DNA of 64,000 nucleotides from assembly GCA_900767415.1 (NCBI GenBank), contig CAAFYZ010000052.1, positions 59,660 to 123,659 on the forward strand, read 5' to 3'. Numbering within the stretch: the stretch's first letter is position 1; every line of letters begins with the position of its first letter. The position numbers and the translations under genes were made by a program. A model generated the notes under the pieces. The model saw only the letters and a program-made list of their open reading frames with translations, was not told the origin of the DNA and did no database searches. Shown piece by piece: positions 27,300 to 40,905 of this stretch. This DNA comes from Clostridia bacterium (lineage in GTDB: Bacteria > Bacillota > Clostridia > Oscillospirales > CAG-272).

Positions 27300-28808
27300 T
27301 CAGAGCGTTTCGCCGCCGACCGAAGAGACGAAGCGGAGGAAGGCGTCGGTGCCTTCTTCGGTATCTTTATAGACACCGGCGTCGCGCAGGACATTCACGA
27401 AGGTATTGCCGATCTCGGCTTTGAGAATTTCTTCGACGTTCTCTTCCGTGAAGGTATACCGATCGCGGAAGGCGGAGAACCACGCATAGTGCTTCCCGAT
27501 CTTTTCGTCTTCGGAAAAATCCTCGTCGGCGAGGATCGCGCGGGAGAGAAGCGCGATCTCCTCTTTCAGTCTCGCGGGCAGGACGGCAAGTCCCATGACC
27601 TCGATCAGACCGATGTTCTCTTTTTTGATGTTGTGATATTCGGCGTGCGGATGATAGACGCCGAGGGGATGCTCTTTTGTGGTGATATTGTTGCGTAAGA
27701 CGAGATCGAGTTCAAAATCTTCGCCGCGGCGACGGGCGATCGGGGTGATCGTGTTGTGCTTTTCCCCGTCCGTCTCTGCAAAAACGAACGCCCCCTCGTC
27801 GGTATAGGCGCGCCACGCGAGAAGAATTTTATCCGCGAGGTCGGTAAGACGCTCGGGATCGGACCCCGTCAGGCGGATCACCGACATCGGCCAGCGGACG
27901 ATGCCCGCACGGATGTCGGGATAGCCGTCGAAGCGAAGCGGGAGACGCACTCCCGCACGCTCCATCGCGAAGGTGTAATGCCCGCCCTGCATGTGGTCGT
28001 GCGTCAGGATCGACCCGCCGACGATCGGCAGATCGGCGTTCTGTCCGATGAAATAGTGCGGGAAGTGCCCGACGAAGGCAAGTGCCTTGCGAAAACTCTC
28101 GCGGTCGATCTTCATCGGCGTATGCTCCGCCGAAAGGGCGATGCAATGCTCGTTGTAATACACATAGGGAGAATACTGGAGATACCACATCGCCCCCGCC
28201 ATCTCGAAGGGGATCTGCCGCAGGTTCTGTCTCGCGGGCTTCGAGAGCGTGCCGGCATACCCTTCGTTCTCGTGGCAGAGCAGGCATTTCGGATATCCCG
28301 AGGGGGGCAGAAGTTTTGCCGCGGCGATCGCCTTCGGGTCTTTCTCCGGTTTCGAGAGGTTGACGGTGATGTCGATCTCTCCGTAGGGAGACGGCACCTT
28401 CCACTTCATGTCTTTCGCGATACGGTCGGTGCGGATATAGTTCGTGTCCTTCGCGAGATTGTAAAAATAGGCAGTCGCCAACCGAGGATCTTTTTCATAC
28501 AGCACGCGGAAGATCGCTGTCACATCGGACGGACGGGGCGTGAAAATCCCCATCAGTTCGGTGTCGAAAAGATCGCGGTATACGACGCTCTTCTCCGCGA
28601 GTTTCCCGTTTTCAAACGCCGCGTCGCAAAGGTCGGAGAGAATCGCGGCGAGCGGGCGTCTCTCTTCCGGGAGAGCCGTCGGGGTAAAGTCGGAGAGACC
28701 GAGCGTATAGAGGACGCGGTTCGTCGCGTAGGCGGCGTCCTCCTTTTCAATCAGTCTTTTCTCCAGTGCATAACGAATCAGTTCGGAAATGCAAACGTTT
28801 GTGTTCAT
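27300..28808 (-). CDS. galT: UDP-glucose--hexose-1-phosphate uridylyltransferase (long Firmicute type)
   Basis: 502 aa. GGSILTHDHMQGG catalytic region. The length and N-terminus are typical of class-II GalT. It is directly downstream of lacZ. Confidence 0.8.
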   Translation of the reverse strand: MNTNVCISELIRYALEKRLIEKEDAAYATNRVLYTLGLSDFTPTALPEERRPLAAILSDLCDAAFENGKLAEKSVVYRDLFDTELMGIFTPRPSDVTAIFRVLYEKDPRLATAYFYNLAKDTNYIRTDRIAKDMKWKVPSPYGEIDITVNLSKPEKDPKAIAAAKLLPPSGYPKCLLCHENEGYAGTLSKPARQNLRQIPFEMAGAMWYLQYSPYVYYNEHCIALSAEHTPMKIDRESFRKALAFVGHFPHYFIGQNADLPIVGGSILTHDHMQGGHYTFAMERAGVRLPLRFDGYPDIRAGIVRWPMSVIRLTGSDPERLTDLADKILLAWRAYTDEGAFVFAETDGEKHNTITPIARRRGEDFELDLVLRNNITTKEHPLGVYHPHAEYHNIKKENIGLIEVMGLAVLPARLKEEIALLSRAILADEDFSEDEKIGKHYAWFSAFRDRYTFTEENVEEILKAEIGNTFVNVLRDAGVYKDTEEGTDAFLRFVSSVGGETL

Positions 28809-28822
28809 TTTCTCTTCCTTTA

Positions 28823-31993
<3,171 letters not shown>

Positions 31994-32208
31994 TCAATGG
32001 ACTTTCCTTAAATTCTCTGTAATTATCTTGCGCGTTTTATAAGGATCTTGCGACTTTCCCGAAAAACGGAAGATTTGCTCTTTTTTCCGTACGTCAAAAA
32101 TTTTTGCCGATTGTTTGCAAAGAATCCTTTTTTTCGTCATTGCCGTTTCATAAAATGGAAGTATACTAAAAACAATCCGAAAAAGGAACATTCCATCCGA
32201 CGAAAGGC

Positions 32209-33486
32209 GTGTCTATGAAAACAAGAACCAAGCTCCTCTCCCTTTTTCTCGCTCTGACCCTTCTCCTCTCTCTGCCGGTGCTGACCTCCTGTGACCTCTC
32301 GGGCAACAAGACGGCGGAGCTGGAAGAGACGCTGAAATCCTATGTCGACGAAAAGGTCAACGCGAGCAGCGATGTCAACAACTACGACATCAACATCACA
32401 AGCGACAGCACCGTCTCTCTTCTCGCGGCGAGCAAGGGTCTTCTCTCCTCGGTGAGCGTCTATTGCAATTTCGTCATCAAACGCTCTTACGGCTGGGGAC
32501 CGAACGCCTCGACCTATGAACAGCAGACGCAGTCCGCCGGCTCGGGCGTCATCTATCGGATCGACAAGAAAAACGGCGACGCCTATATCATCACCAATTA
32601 TCATGTCGTCTATAACTCGCAGGCGAGCACGAAAAACCATATCAGCGACGAGATCAACCTCTATCTTTACGGAAAAGAGAGCAGTGCCTACGCAATCCCC
32701 GCGACCTACATCGGCGGGTCGATGCTCTACGACATCGCCGTCCTGAAAGTGGAAAACAGCGATGTCCTGCGCGCCTCGAACGCGAGAGCGGCGGACTTCG
32801 AAGACTCGAACGAAGTCTCCGTCCTCGATACGGCGATCGTCATCGGCAACCCCGAGGCGAAGGGAATCTCGGCGACCGTCGGACACGTCAACGTGCAGAG
32901 CGAATATATCCAGATGACGGCGGCGGACGACACCACCCCGATCGAAATGCGGGTCATGCGTATCGACGCGGCGGTCAACAGCGGCAACTCGGGCGGCGGA
33001 CTGTTTAACGACAAGGGCGAACTCATCGGTATCGTCAATGCGAAAATGTCCAGTTCTTCCATCGACAACATCGGCTACGCCATTCCGTCGAACATCGCAA
33101 AATACGTCGCGGACAACATCCTCTACTACTGCGACGGTAAGGAAAACGAAAGCGTCTATCGCTGTCTGCTCGGCATCACGGTGGCGGCGGCGGCGTCCGA
33201 TACCGTCTACGACACCGAGACGGGGAAGGTGCACATCGTGGAGAGCGTCGCCGTGAAGGAAGTCGGCAGTACCTCTCCCGCACTGAACGTGCTGAAAGAG
33301 GGAGACGTCATCCGCTCGATTACCATCGGTGAGAAGACCTATGAGGTCACGCGCATCTTCCACATCGTCGACATCATGCTGAACGCGAGAGTCGGCGACA
33401 CCGTGACGATCGCCGTCACGCGGGACGGCGCGGAGCAGTCAGTCTCCCTGACCATCAAGGAGTCCTCGCTGACAAAGTGCAGTTGA
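32209..33486 (+). CDS. Trypsin-like serine protease (S1C/HtrA-like) lipoprotein
   Basis: Lipobox LTSC. Catalytic triad contexts are ITNYHVV, YDIAVLKV and GNSGGGLF. Confidence 0.8.
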   Translation: MSMKTRTKLLSLFLALTLLLSLPVLTSCDLSGNKTAELEETLKSYVDEKVNASSDVNNYDINITSDSTVSLLAASKGLLSSVSVYCNFVIKRSYGWGPNASTYEQQTQSAGSGVIYRIDKKNGDAYIITNYHVVYNSQASTKNHISDEINLYLYGKESSAYAIPATYIGGSMLYDIAVLKVENSDVLRASNARAADFEDSNEVSVLDTAIVIGNPEAKGISATVGHVNVQSEYIQMTAADDTTPIEMRVMRIDAAVNSGNSGGGLFNDKGELIGIVNAKMSSSSIDNIGYAIPSNIAKYVADNILYYCDGKENESVYRCLLGITVAAAASDTVYDTETGKVHIVESVAVKEVGSTSPALNVLKEGDVIRSITIGEKTYEVTRIFHIVDIMLNARVGDTVTIAVTRDGAEQSVSLTIKESSLTKCS

Positions 33487-33511
33487 TTTTCGCCCCTTTA
33501 TAAAGATTTCT

Positions 33512-33549
33512 GCCCCGAAAGACGGCGCGCCGTCTTTCGGGGCTTTTTT
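33512..33549 (+). terminator. Rho-independent terminator
   Basis: GCCCCGAAAGACGGCGC/GCGCCGTCTTTCGGGGC perfect palindrome followed by TTTTTT. Confidence 0.85.
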
Positions 33550-33644
33550 CCGAAGTTTTCGCTTTTTCTCCCGCCCGCCTTGCAATCGGGGAACGGATAT
33601 GATAAAATAGAAGAAACACAACGGATACGGAAGGACTGAAGAGG

Positions 33645-34538
33645 ATGGACGCCGTCACGGGAATTTTTATTCTGAACAAAGAAGAGGGGCTGACCTCGCA
33701 GAGTGCGGTCAACCGCGTAAAACGCCTGTTCGGCGCGGAAAAAGCGGGACATACCGGCACGCTCGACCCGATGGCGACGGGGGTCTTGCCCGTCCTGCTC
33801 GGCAGAGCGGTGAAGGCGAGCGAGTTCATGCTCTCCTCCGACAAGCACTACCGCGCGACCCTGCGCCTCGGCATGACGACCGACACCGAGGACACGACGG
33901 GCGAGGTCCTCTCACGTGCCGACACCCTCCCGACGGCAGAAGAAGTCTTCGCCGCGGCGGACGCCTTCCGCGGGGAGATCCTGCAGACCCCGCCCATGTA
34001 TTCGGCACTCAAACAAAACGGAAAAAAACTCGTCGATCTCGCCCGTGCGGGCATCACCGTCGAGCGGGAGGCGCGGCAGATAGCCGTCCGCCGCCTGACC
34101 CTCAGACAGCTCTCTCCCTCCGACTACGAGATGGACGTCGTCTGCTCCAAGGGCACCTATATCCGCACCCTGTGCGCCGACATCGGCGCGTCCCTCGGCG
34201 TCGGCGGAGTGATGGCATCCCTCTGTCGGACGGAGGCGGCGGGGTTTTCGCTCTCCGACGCGCATACGCTGAAAGAGGCGGAGGCACTGTCTGACGAGGG
34301 GCGGCGCGCCCTTCTCTTCCCCGTCGAGCGCATCTTCCTCTCTTTGCCGAAAGTGACGCTCCCTCCCTTTTTCGCCCGTCTCGCGCGCAACGGCACGCCG
34401 ATCTATCAGAAGAAGATCGGCATCTCCATGCCGGAGAAGAGCCGCGTCCGCCTTTCGGACGCAGACGGATTTTTTGCCGTGGCAGAATCCAGAGAGACGG
34501 CAGACGGCATGGCGTTTTGCCTTCTGAAACTCTTTTAA
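33645..34538 (+). CDS. truB: tRNA pseudouridine(55) synthase
   Basis: GHTGTLDPMATGVLPV catalytic Asp motif; 297 aa. Confidence 0.9.
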   Translation: MDAVTGIFILNKEEGLTSQSAVNRVKRLFGAEKAGHTGTLDPMATGVLPVLLGRAVKASEFMLSSDKHYRATLRLGMTTDTEDTTGEVLSRADTLPTAEEVFAAADAFRGEILQTPPMYSALKQNGKKLVDLARAGITVEREARQIAVRRLTLRQLSPSDYEMDVVCSKGTYIRTLCADIGASLGVGGVMASLCRTEAAGFSLSDAHTLKEAEALSDEGRRALLFPVERIFLSLPKVTLPPFFARLARNGTPIYQKKIGISMPEKSRVRLSDADGFFAVAESRETADGMAFCLLKLF

Positions 34539-34568
34539 TTCCTTGTTTTTGTAAAGAAAGGTTGTCTT

Positions 34569-37500
34569 ATGGCAGAAAGAACCTTTACGGAAGAACAAAA
34601 AAGCGCGATCGAGACGCGGGGTAAGACGCTCCTCGTCTCCGCGGCAGCCGGCTCCGGAAAGACCGCGACGCTGACCGAGCGGATCATCCGCACCCTGCTC
34701 GACGAAGAAGACCCCGTCGGCATCTGCGACCTTCTGATCGTCACCTTTACCAATGCGGCGGTCGGAGAGATGCGGGAGAGAATCCGCGCGGCACTCACCG
34801 CCGCCGTCGCAAAGCACCCCGAGAACCGTCGGCTCGAAAAACAGCTCTATCTTCTCCCCGCGGCGAACATTCTGACGATCGACGCATTCTGCAACCGTCT
34901 TTTGCGCGAATGTGCCGCCGACGCGGGACTGCCGCCGAACTATCGGATCGCCGACCCGACCGAGGGAGAACTGCTCGCCCGCACGATGATCGAAGAGTTA
35001 ATCGAGAGCGTCTACGACGGCAACTTCGAAGACGCTCTGACCCCCGCGCGCCTTTCCGCGCTCTCCGACTGCCTGACCAATGCCAAGTCGGACGGTGCGC
35101 TCGGCGAGACGCTCTTCTTCCTCTATCGGCAGATCGAGAGCACCGAGCGCGGCGTGGCGTCGCTTTCGGATGCGGCGGCGTCCTATGCGCACTTTTCTTC
35201 GGTCGAAAAGACGACAGCGGGGGAAAAAATCCTCACCCACGCAAGAAGGACGCTCCTGCATTATCGCGACGCCTACGACGCCCGTCTCGCCGCACTGGAA
35301 GACGAGGGGGGCGAGGACGCCGAAAAATACGTTGCCTTTTTCACGCCCGAGCGGGACGCCCTCGACGCCGCCCTCCGGTGTAAAACCTATGCCGCGCTGA
35401 AAGACGCGCTCGCCTCCTTCCCCTTCGGCAAGCGGATCCCCGCCGTCCCGAAGGACAAAAAGACCGACGCCCACGTCTTCGCCAAAGCGACGCGGGACGC
35501 CCTCAAAAAAGACCTGCCCGCCCTTTCGCAAAAATTCTTTTCCTACACCCCGGAAGAATGGGAAACGCTCTATCGGGACCTGCACGAAAAGACGGCGACC
35601 CTCGCCGCCTTCCTCTCCGTATACGACACCCTCTTCCGCGCGGAAAAGAGACGGCGGGGGATCGCGGAATACGCCGACATCGAACGGTACGTCGCCGACG
35701 CCCTCTGGCAGGACGGGAAGAAAACGCCCTTTGCCGAGGCGGTCGCCGCCCGCTTCCGCGCGGTGTACATCGACGAGTTTCAGGACGTCAGCCCCCTGCA
35801 GGCGCACATCTTCTCCGCGGTGGTCAGAGAGGACAACTGCTTTTCCGTCGGAGACATCAAGCAGAGCATCTACGGCTTCCGCGGGGCGGACCCCACCGTC
35901 TTCGCGCGGGCAAAAGAAAGTTATCCCCCGCTCGCGACAGCGGAAGATTCCGATACCGCCGCCGTCTTCATGTCGAAGAACTTCCGCTCCGACCCCGGGG
36001 TAATCGACTTCGTCAACGGTGTCTTCGACCCCGCCTTTTCCCTGCTCGGCGAGAGCATCGGCTATCGGGAAGAAGACCGCCTGACCTCGGGAAAGACGGG
36101 AGATCCCCCCTATCGGAAGACCGAGATCCTTCTCGTCTCTCTCCCGAGAATCTCGCGGAAAGAGGAGGAAGAGGAAGAGCCGATCGACGCAAAAGAAGCC
36201 GAAGCCGCGGCGGTCGCAAAAAAGATCCGCTATCTTCTCGACAACGAAAAAAGAGACGACGGCTCGCCGATCCGCCCCTCGGACATCGCCATTCTTTTCC
36301 GCAAGATGAAGGGGAACGCCGAGGTCTATACCAAGGCACTCGCAAAGAGAGGCATCCGATGCGAGGTGCCCGAGGAGAAAAACTTCTTCTATAACGCCGA
36401 CGTCCTCCTCGTCCTCTCCCTTCTAAACGTCATCGACAACCCGCGCCGCGACGTCCATCTCGCGGGGCTTCTCTGTTCTCCTCTGTTCGGTTTTTGTGCC
36501 GACGATCTCGTCGCCGTGCGCAAAGAGGGAGAAGGGAGAAGTCTGTACGACGCCCTGAAATTCTATTGCAAATGTCATGAAGAGTTTACAAAAGGCGTCG
36601 ATTTTCTCAAAAAGCTCGAACATTTTCGTGAGATTGCGGAGGGGTGCAACATCGACCGCCTTCTCGCCCGTCTGTATGCGGAGTGCGGACTGGAAGCCCT
36701 CGCGGCGAAGAACGGCGGCACCGACAATCTCCGTCTCTTCTACGAATACGCCCGCCGTTTCGAAGCGTCCTCGTATCAGGGACTGTACGGCTTTCTCCAT
36801 TATATCAACCGCCTGATCGAATCGGGCGCGAACTTTGAAAAGGCGGGGGTCGCGGAGCGTCCCGACTGCGTGCGTCTTGTGACGGTGCACGCCTCGAAGG
36901 GACTGGAATATCCCGTCTGCTTCTTTGCCGAGACGGGCGGCTCTCTCTCCGACAGCGACAGCAGAAAAGCCGTCCTCCTCGACCCCCTGCTCGGTCCCGC
37001 CTTCCGTCTTTGCGACCCCGAGGGACTGGTCTTTCTGAACAATCCCGTGCGCGCCCTCGCGGAAGAGAGACACCGCCGCCTCGCGTGCGAAGAAAATCTG
37101 CGCGTCCTCTACGTCGCCCTGACGCGGGCGGGCGAGCGGCTCTATATCTCGGGAAGAATCCGCGCGGAGGCAGACGACTTCCTCGAAGAGATGCGCCGCG
37201 AAAAAGAATGTGCGACGCCCTATTCCGCCGAAAAACGCAAGAGTTTTCTCGAATGGATTCTCGCATCCGGTGCACCCGCCGACCTCCGTCTCTTTTCCGT
37301 CACGGAAGAGGAGACGGAACAGCGTCCGACCGAAAAACCGGAGACGGACGAAAAAGCGTCGGACGTCCCCACGCCCTCCGGAGAGCGGGCGGAAAAGACC
37401 CCGACGGACGAAATCTCGGAAGAGGCGGTCGGCGACTACCTTTCCCGCTTTTCCTACCGCTATCCCGAAGAGGTTCTCACGCATATCCCGGCAAAACTCT

Positions 37501-38222
37501 CCGTCTCTCTTCTCTCCCCCGCCATTCTCGGCGAAGAGGAAGAAGAGGAGCGGCTGAGTGTCGGGGGGAGCGGAGAGAGAGTCGAGAAAATCCGCGCGCT
37601 TCTTCGCGAAAAACCCGGCATTTTACCGAGATTCATTACCAGAAACGACCAAAAAGAGAGCGCGAAACGCGGAATCGCGACGCACCGTTTTTTGCAGTTC
37701 TGCGATTTTGAAAAGCTCGCGGCAACCGACGCCGAGGCCGAGCTGTCCCGCCTTCTGCGTGAAAAATATCTGACGGGAGAGGACGGACGCCTGATCCGTA
37801 AAAACGAGATCGCCCTCTTTTCTTCCTCCGACCTCTTTTCCCGTTTCCTCTCGGCGAAGAAGATCTTTCGCGAGTTCCGCTTTCATGCACGCCTCCCGGC
37901 AAAGGCGTTTACCGAAGACCCCGCCCTCGCCGCCGCGCTCGGGGACGAGGTGCTCTTCATTCAGGGCGTGATGGACGCCGTGTTCGTTGATGAGAGCGGC
38001 GCGCTCTGCCTCGTGGACTACAAGACCGACCGCCTGCCGAAAGACGCCCTGCACGACGAAGAAAAAGCGCGCGCCTTCCTCGCCGAAAAGCATACGCGCC
38101 AGCTCTCCTATTACGCCGCCGCGATCCGCAAGATCTTCGGCAAAGCCCCCGACTTCGTCGGAATCTATTCTCTCCCCCTCGGAAAGACGCTCGAAATCTC
38201 CGTCTTCCCGATCTCCGACTGA
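34569..38222 (+). CDS. addA: AddA-like UvrD-family helicase fused to a PD-(D/E)XK nuclease
   Basis: 1217 aa. Walker A VSAAAGSGKT, DEFQD, and the C-terminal nuclease motif GVMDAVFVD..LVDYKTD. Confidence 0.8.
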   Translation: MAERTFTEEQKSAIETRGKTLLVSAAAGSGKTATLTERIIRTLLDEEDPVGICDLLIVTFTNAAVGEMRERIRAALTAAVAKHPENRRLEKQLYLLPAANILTIDAFCNRLLRECAADAGLPPNYRIADPTEGELLARTMIEELIESVYDGNFEDALTPARLSALSDCLTNAKSDGALGETLFFLYRQIESTERGVASLSDAAASYAHFSSVEKTTAGEKILTHARRTLLHYRDAYDARLAALEDEGGEDAEKYVAFFTPERDALDAALRCKTYAALKDALASFPFGKRIPAVPKDKKTDAHVFAKATRDALKKDLPALSQKFFSYTPEEWETLYRDLHEKTATLAAFLSVYDTLFRAEKRRRGIAEYADIERYVADALWQDGKKTPFAEAVAARFRAVYIDEFQDVSPLQAHIFSAVVREDNCFSVGDIKQSIYGFRGADPTVFARAKESYPPLATAEDSDTAAVFMSKNFRSDPGVIDFVNGVFDPAFSLLGESIGYREEDRLTSGKTGDPPYRKTEILLVSLPRISRKEEEEEEPIDAKEAEAAAVAKKIRYLLDNEKRDDGSPIRPSDIAILFRKMKGNAEVYTKALAKRGIRCEVPEEKNFFYNADVLLVLSLLNVIDNPRRDVHLAGLLCSPLFGFCADDLVAVRKEGEGRSLYDALKFYCKCHEEFTKGVDFLKKLEHFREIAEGCNIDRLLARLYAECGLEALAAKNGGTDNLRLFYEYARRFEASSYQGLYGFLHYINRLIESGANFEKAGVAERPDCVRLVTVHASKGLEYPVCFFAETGGSLSDSDSRKAVLLDPLLGPAFRLCDPEGLVFLNNPVRALAEERHRRLACEENLRVLYVALTRAGERLYISGRIRAEADDFLEEMRREKECATPYSAEKRKSFLEWILASGAPADLRLFSVTEEETEQRPTEKPETDEKASDVPTPSGERAEKTPTDEISEEAVGDYLSRFSYRYPEEVLTHIPAKLSVSLLSPAILGEEEEEERLSVGGSGERVEKIRALLREKPGILPRFITRNDQKESAKRGIATHRFLQFCDFEKLAATDAEAELSRLLREKYLTGEDGRLIRKNEIALFSSSDLFSRFLSAKKIFREFRFHARLPAKAFTEDPALAAALGDEVLFIQGVMDAVFVDESGALCLVDYKTDRLPKDALHDEEKARAFLAEKHTRQLSYYAAAIRKIFGKAPDFVGIYSLPLGKTLEISVFPISD

Positions 38223-38368
38223 ATCCGTCTGTTTTTCCCCCGCTCGGAATCTTTTCTTCCTTCCCGTTTTCCTTTATAATGAACGAAGAAGCAGGACCGC
38301 GCCGCATCTGCCGCGTCGGTTCTTTCGCCCCCGTCCCGCGCGGAGACCCCTCCGCCGACCGTCAAGAC

Positions 38369-39601
38369 ATGAACATTCTTTCTTTCGGTTCCTGTAATAT
38401 TGACCTCGTCTACCGTCTGCCGCACATCACCTCCCCCGGCGAGACGAACCGCGCCGCCTCTCTCGACACCTTCCCCGGCGGGAAGGGACTGAACCAGTCG
38501 GTCGCCGTCGCGCGGGCGGGTCTGCCCGTCCGCCACGCGGGAAAGATCGGCGAAGACGGTGCGTTTTTGCTCGACTTTATGAAGGAGAGCGGCATCGACA
38601 CCACCCTCGTCCGCCCCTCGCACCTGCCGACGGGACACGCCGTCATCCAGGTGGACGACGAAGGGAACAACGCGATTTTTATCCTCAACGGCGCAAACTT
38701 TGACATCAAAAAAGCCGAAATCGACGAGGTTCTCTCCCGTTTTTCCGAAGGGGACATTCTCACGGTGCAAAACGAGATTTCCGAAGTCCCCTATCTCATC
38801 TCCCGCGCCGCCGCGCGGGGCATGAAAGTCTTCTATAACCCCTCCCCGATCGGAGAGGGGAATGTCGCGACGGATCTCTCCGACGTCTTCTGCCTGATTG
38901 TCAACGAGACGGAGGCGCGGTACTTTTCCGACTTTTCCGTCGAAGAGGAGTTTTTCGGTGCGATGCGGGAACGCTATCCGCACCTGCACGTTCTTCTGAC
39001 GCTCGGCAGTCGCGGTTGCCTTTATTTTTCGGAAGGGAACGTCACGCGCGCACCCGCCTTCCTTGTCGAGGCGGCGGATACCACGGCGGCGGGCGATACC
39101 TTCACGGGATATTTTATCGCCTCGTTTGCCCGCGGGCTTGACCTTACGATGTCGCTGAAAATCGCGAGTGCCGCGGCGGCTCTCGCCGTATCGAAGCGAG
39201 GCGCCGCCTCCTCGATACCGACCCTCGCGGAGGTGGAAAACGCCCTTTCTTCTCTCTCCCCCCGCCCGACGGAAGAGGACTTTCCGACACGCCTTTTCCG
39301 CTATCTCGACGCCTCTCTCCGGGACGCGACGATCGAAGGTGCCGCCGCGGCACTCGGGTACAGTAAATTCTCCGTCGGGAAGACGGTAAAGGAAAAGACG
39401 GGGGAAAACTTCTCCGCCCTTCTCCGAACACGCCGATGCGAAAAGGCCGCCTCTCTCCTTCTCTCCACCGACCTGCCGATCGGGGAGATCATCGCCGAGG
39501 TCGGCTACCAAAACGAGAGTTTCTTCCGTCGTGCTTTTTACGACGTCTATCAAAAGACGCCGTCGGAGTATCGTAAATGTGCAAAAAGAAAAGTTCTCTG
39601 A
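38369..39601 (+). CDS. PfkB-family ribokinase fused to a C-terminal AraC-type HTH domain
   Basis: GGKGLNQSVA and DTTAAGDTFTG ribokinase motifs (aa 1-~300). The last ~100 aa carry an AraC signature (IAEVGYQNESFFRRAFYDVYQKTPSEYR). The ATG at 38369 is preferred over the ORF-track start. Confidence 0.75.
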   Translation: MNILSFGSCNIDLVYRLPHITSPGETNRAASLDTFPGGKGLNQSVAVARAGLPVRHAGKIGEDGAFLLDFMKESGIDTTLVRPSHLPTGHAVIQVDDEGNNAIFILNGANFDIKKAEIDEVLSRFSEGDILTVQNEISEVPYLISRAAARGMKVFYNPSPIGEGNVATDLSDVFCLIVNETEARYFSDFSVEEEFFGAMRERYPHLHVLLTLGSRGCLYFSEGNVTRAPAFLVEAADTTAAGDTFTGYFIASFARGLDLTMSLKIASAAAALAVSKRGAASSIPTLAEVENALSSLSPRPTEEDFPTRLFRYLDASLRDATIEGAAAALGYSKFSVGKTVKEKTGENFSALLRTRRCEKAASLLLSTDLPIGEIIAEVGYQNESFFRRAFYDVYQKTPSEYRKCAKRKVL

Positions 39602-39677
39602 AAAAGAGAAGTTTTTGCGTTTTCCCCGTCTTTTTTGTAAAGAATTCTTTCTATATTAAATATAAAGGAGAAGCAAA

Positions 39678-40583
39678 ATGACCCGTGAAAAAATCCGCGA
39701 CGTCGTCATCGACACCGACGCCTTCAACGAAGTGGACGACCAGTTCGCCATCTCCTATCTCCTCTCGCACGCCGAGGAGCTTTCTACCGTGGCTCTTTAC
39801 GCCGCCCCTTTCTTCAACGGGAATTCCACCTCTCCCGCCGACGGGATGGAGAAAAGCTATCGCGAGCTGTCGCACATTCTGACCCTTGCAAAACGAGAAG
39901 ACCTTATCCCCGTCTCCTACCGCGGCTCCGACCGGTATCTCCCCGATGAGAAGACGCCCGTGCCCTCGGATGCGGCGCGCGACCTCGCCGCGCGGGCGAT
40001 GAAGTACAGCGCGGAGAACCCCTTGACCGTGCTCGCCATCGGCGCAATTACGAACGTCGCCTCGGCACTTCTCCTCGAACCGAAAATCGCCGAGCGACTG
40101 CACGTCATCTGGCTCGGCGGTCACGCACACTCCTACTCGGATACGAAGGAATTCAATATGCACCAGGACATCGCCGCCGCGCGCGTCGTCATGCGTCTTG
40201 CGGGGCGGATGACGCAGATCCCCTGCAACGGCGTGACCCACGCCCTCACGATCTCAAAGCAGGAGCTCGAACATTTCTTCCTCGGGAAGAATCCCCTTGC
40301 CGACTACCTCGCGAAAAACACGATCCGCGCGGCGGACAGTTATGCCGCGGGCAAGGACTGGACGCGCCCGCTCTGGGACATCTCCTCCGTCGCCTGCGCG
40401 CTGAACCGGGACGAGAACTTCGCGAAGGTGCGCACCGTAAAAACCCTTCTGCCGTCCTATGAAGGCGTCTACGAAGACACCCCCATCGACAAACCGATGG
40501 ACTACGTGTATTTTATCAAAAGGGACGCCGTCTTCTTCGATCTTGTCGACCGACTGACAAAAAAAGACGCCCCTCTTTCCTGA
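39678..40583 (+). CDS. Nucleoside hydrolase (IUNH family)
   Basis: N-terminal VVIDTDAFNEVDDQFA (DxDxxxDD calcium/ribose-binding motif); 301 aa. Confidence 0.8.
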   Translation: MTREKIRDVVIDTDAFNEVDDQFAISYLLSHAEELSTVALYAAPFFNGNSTSPADGMEKSYRELSHILTLAKREDLIPVSYRGSDRYLPDEKTPVPSDAARDLAARAMKYSAENPLTVLAIGAITNVASALLLEPKIAERLHVIWLGGHAHSYSDTKEFNMHQDIAAARVVMRLAGRMTQIPCNGVTHALTISKQELEHFFLGKNPLADYLAKNTIRAADSYAAGKDWTRPLWDISSVACALNRDENFAKVRTVKTLLPSYEGVYEDTPIDKPMDYVYFIKRDAVFFDLVDRLTKKDAPLS

Positions 40584-40756
40584 GAAAAGGAACGCCTTCG
40601 TTACTTTTTCTAAAAAGAAAAAACCGCGGACAGATTTTTCGCCAAAACCCCATAAGGATGTTTTTGGCAGGGATACGGTGTAACCCCACAATCGGGGTTG
40701 CACCGCTTTCTCTTTTTCAGGCGGTAAGCCCTGTATTCCTGCGGGTTTGCTTTGAT

Positions 40757-40905
40757 CAATCCAAGGGCATATTCATCCGGGGTCCCCGACAAAACAAGCA
40801 AAGCGGTTTTGTTTTGGAGAGGAGACACAGCACCGTGATTGACGCCTGCCGCTTACGGCGGGCGGAAAGATACAAAGCTTGTGTCGACGATATGCCCTTG
40901 GATTG
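40757..40905. repeat. 16-bp perfect inverted repeat enclosing a 117-nt hairpin-rich segment (unclassified structured element or MITE-like)
   Basis: CAATCCAAGGGCATAT (40757..40772) pairs with ATATGCCCTTGGATTG (40890..40905). Internal hairpins are CAAAACAA..TTGTTTTG and GCCTGCCG-cttaCGGCGGGC. A further hairpin, CCCCTCCACCcgaaGGTGGAGGGG, follows at 40906..40929. Confidence 0.6.
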
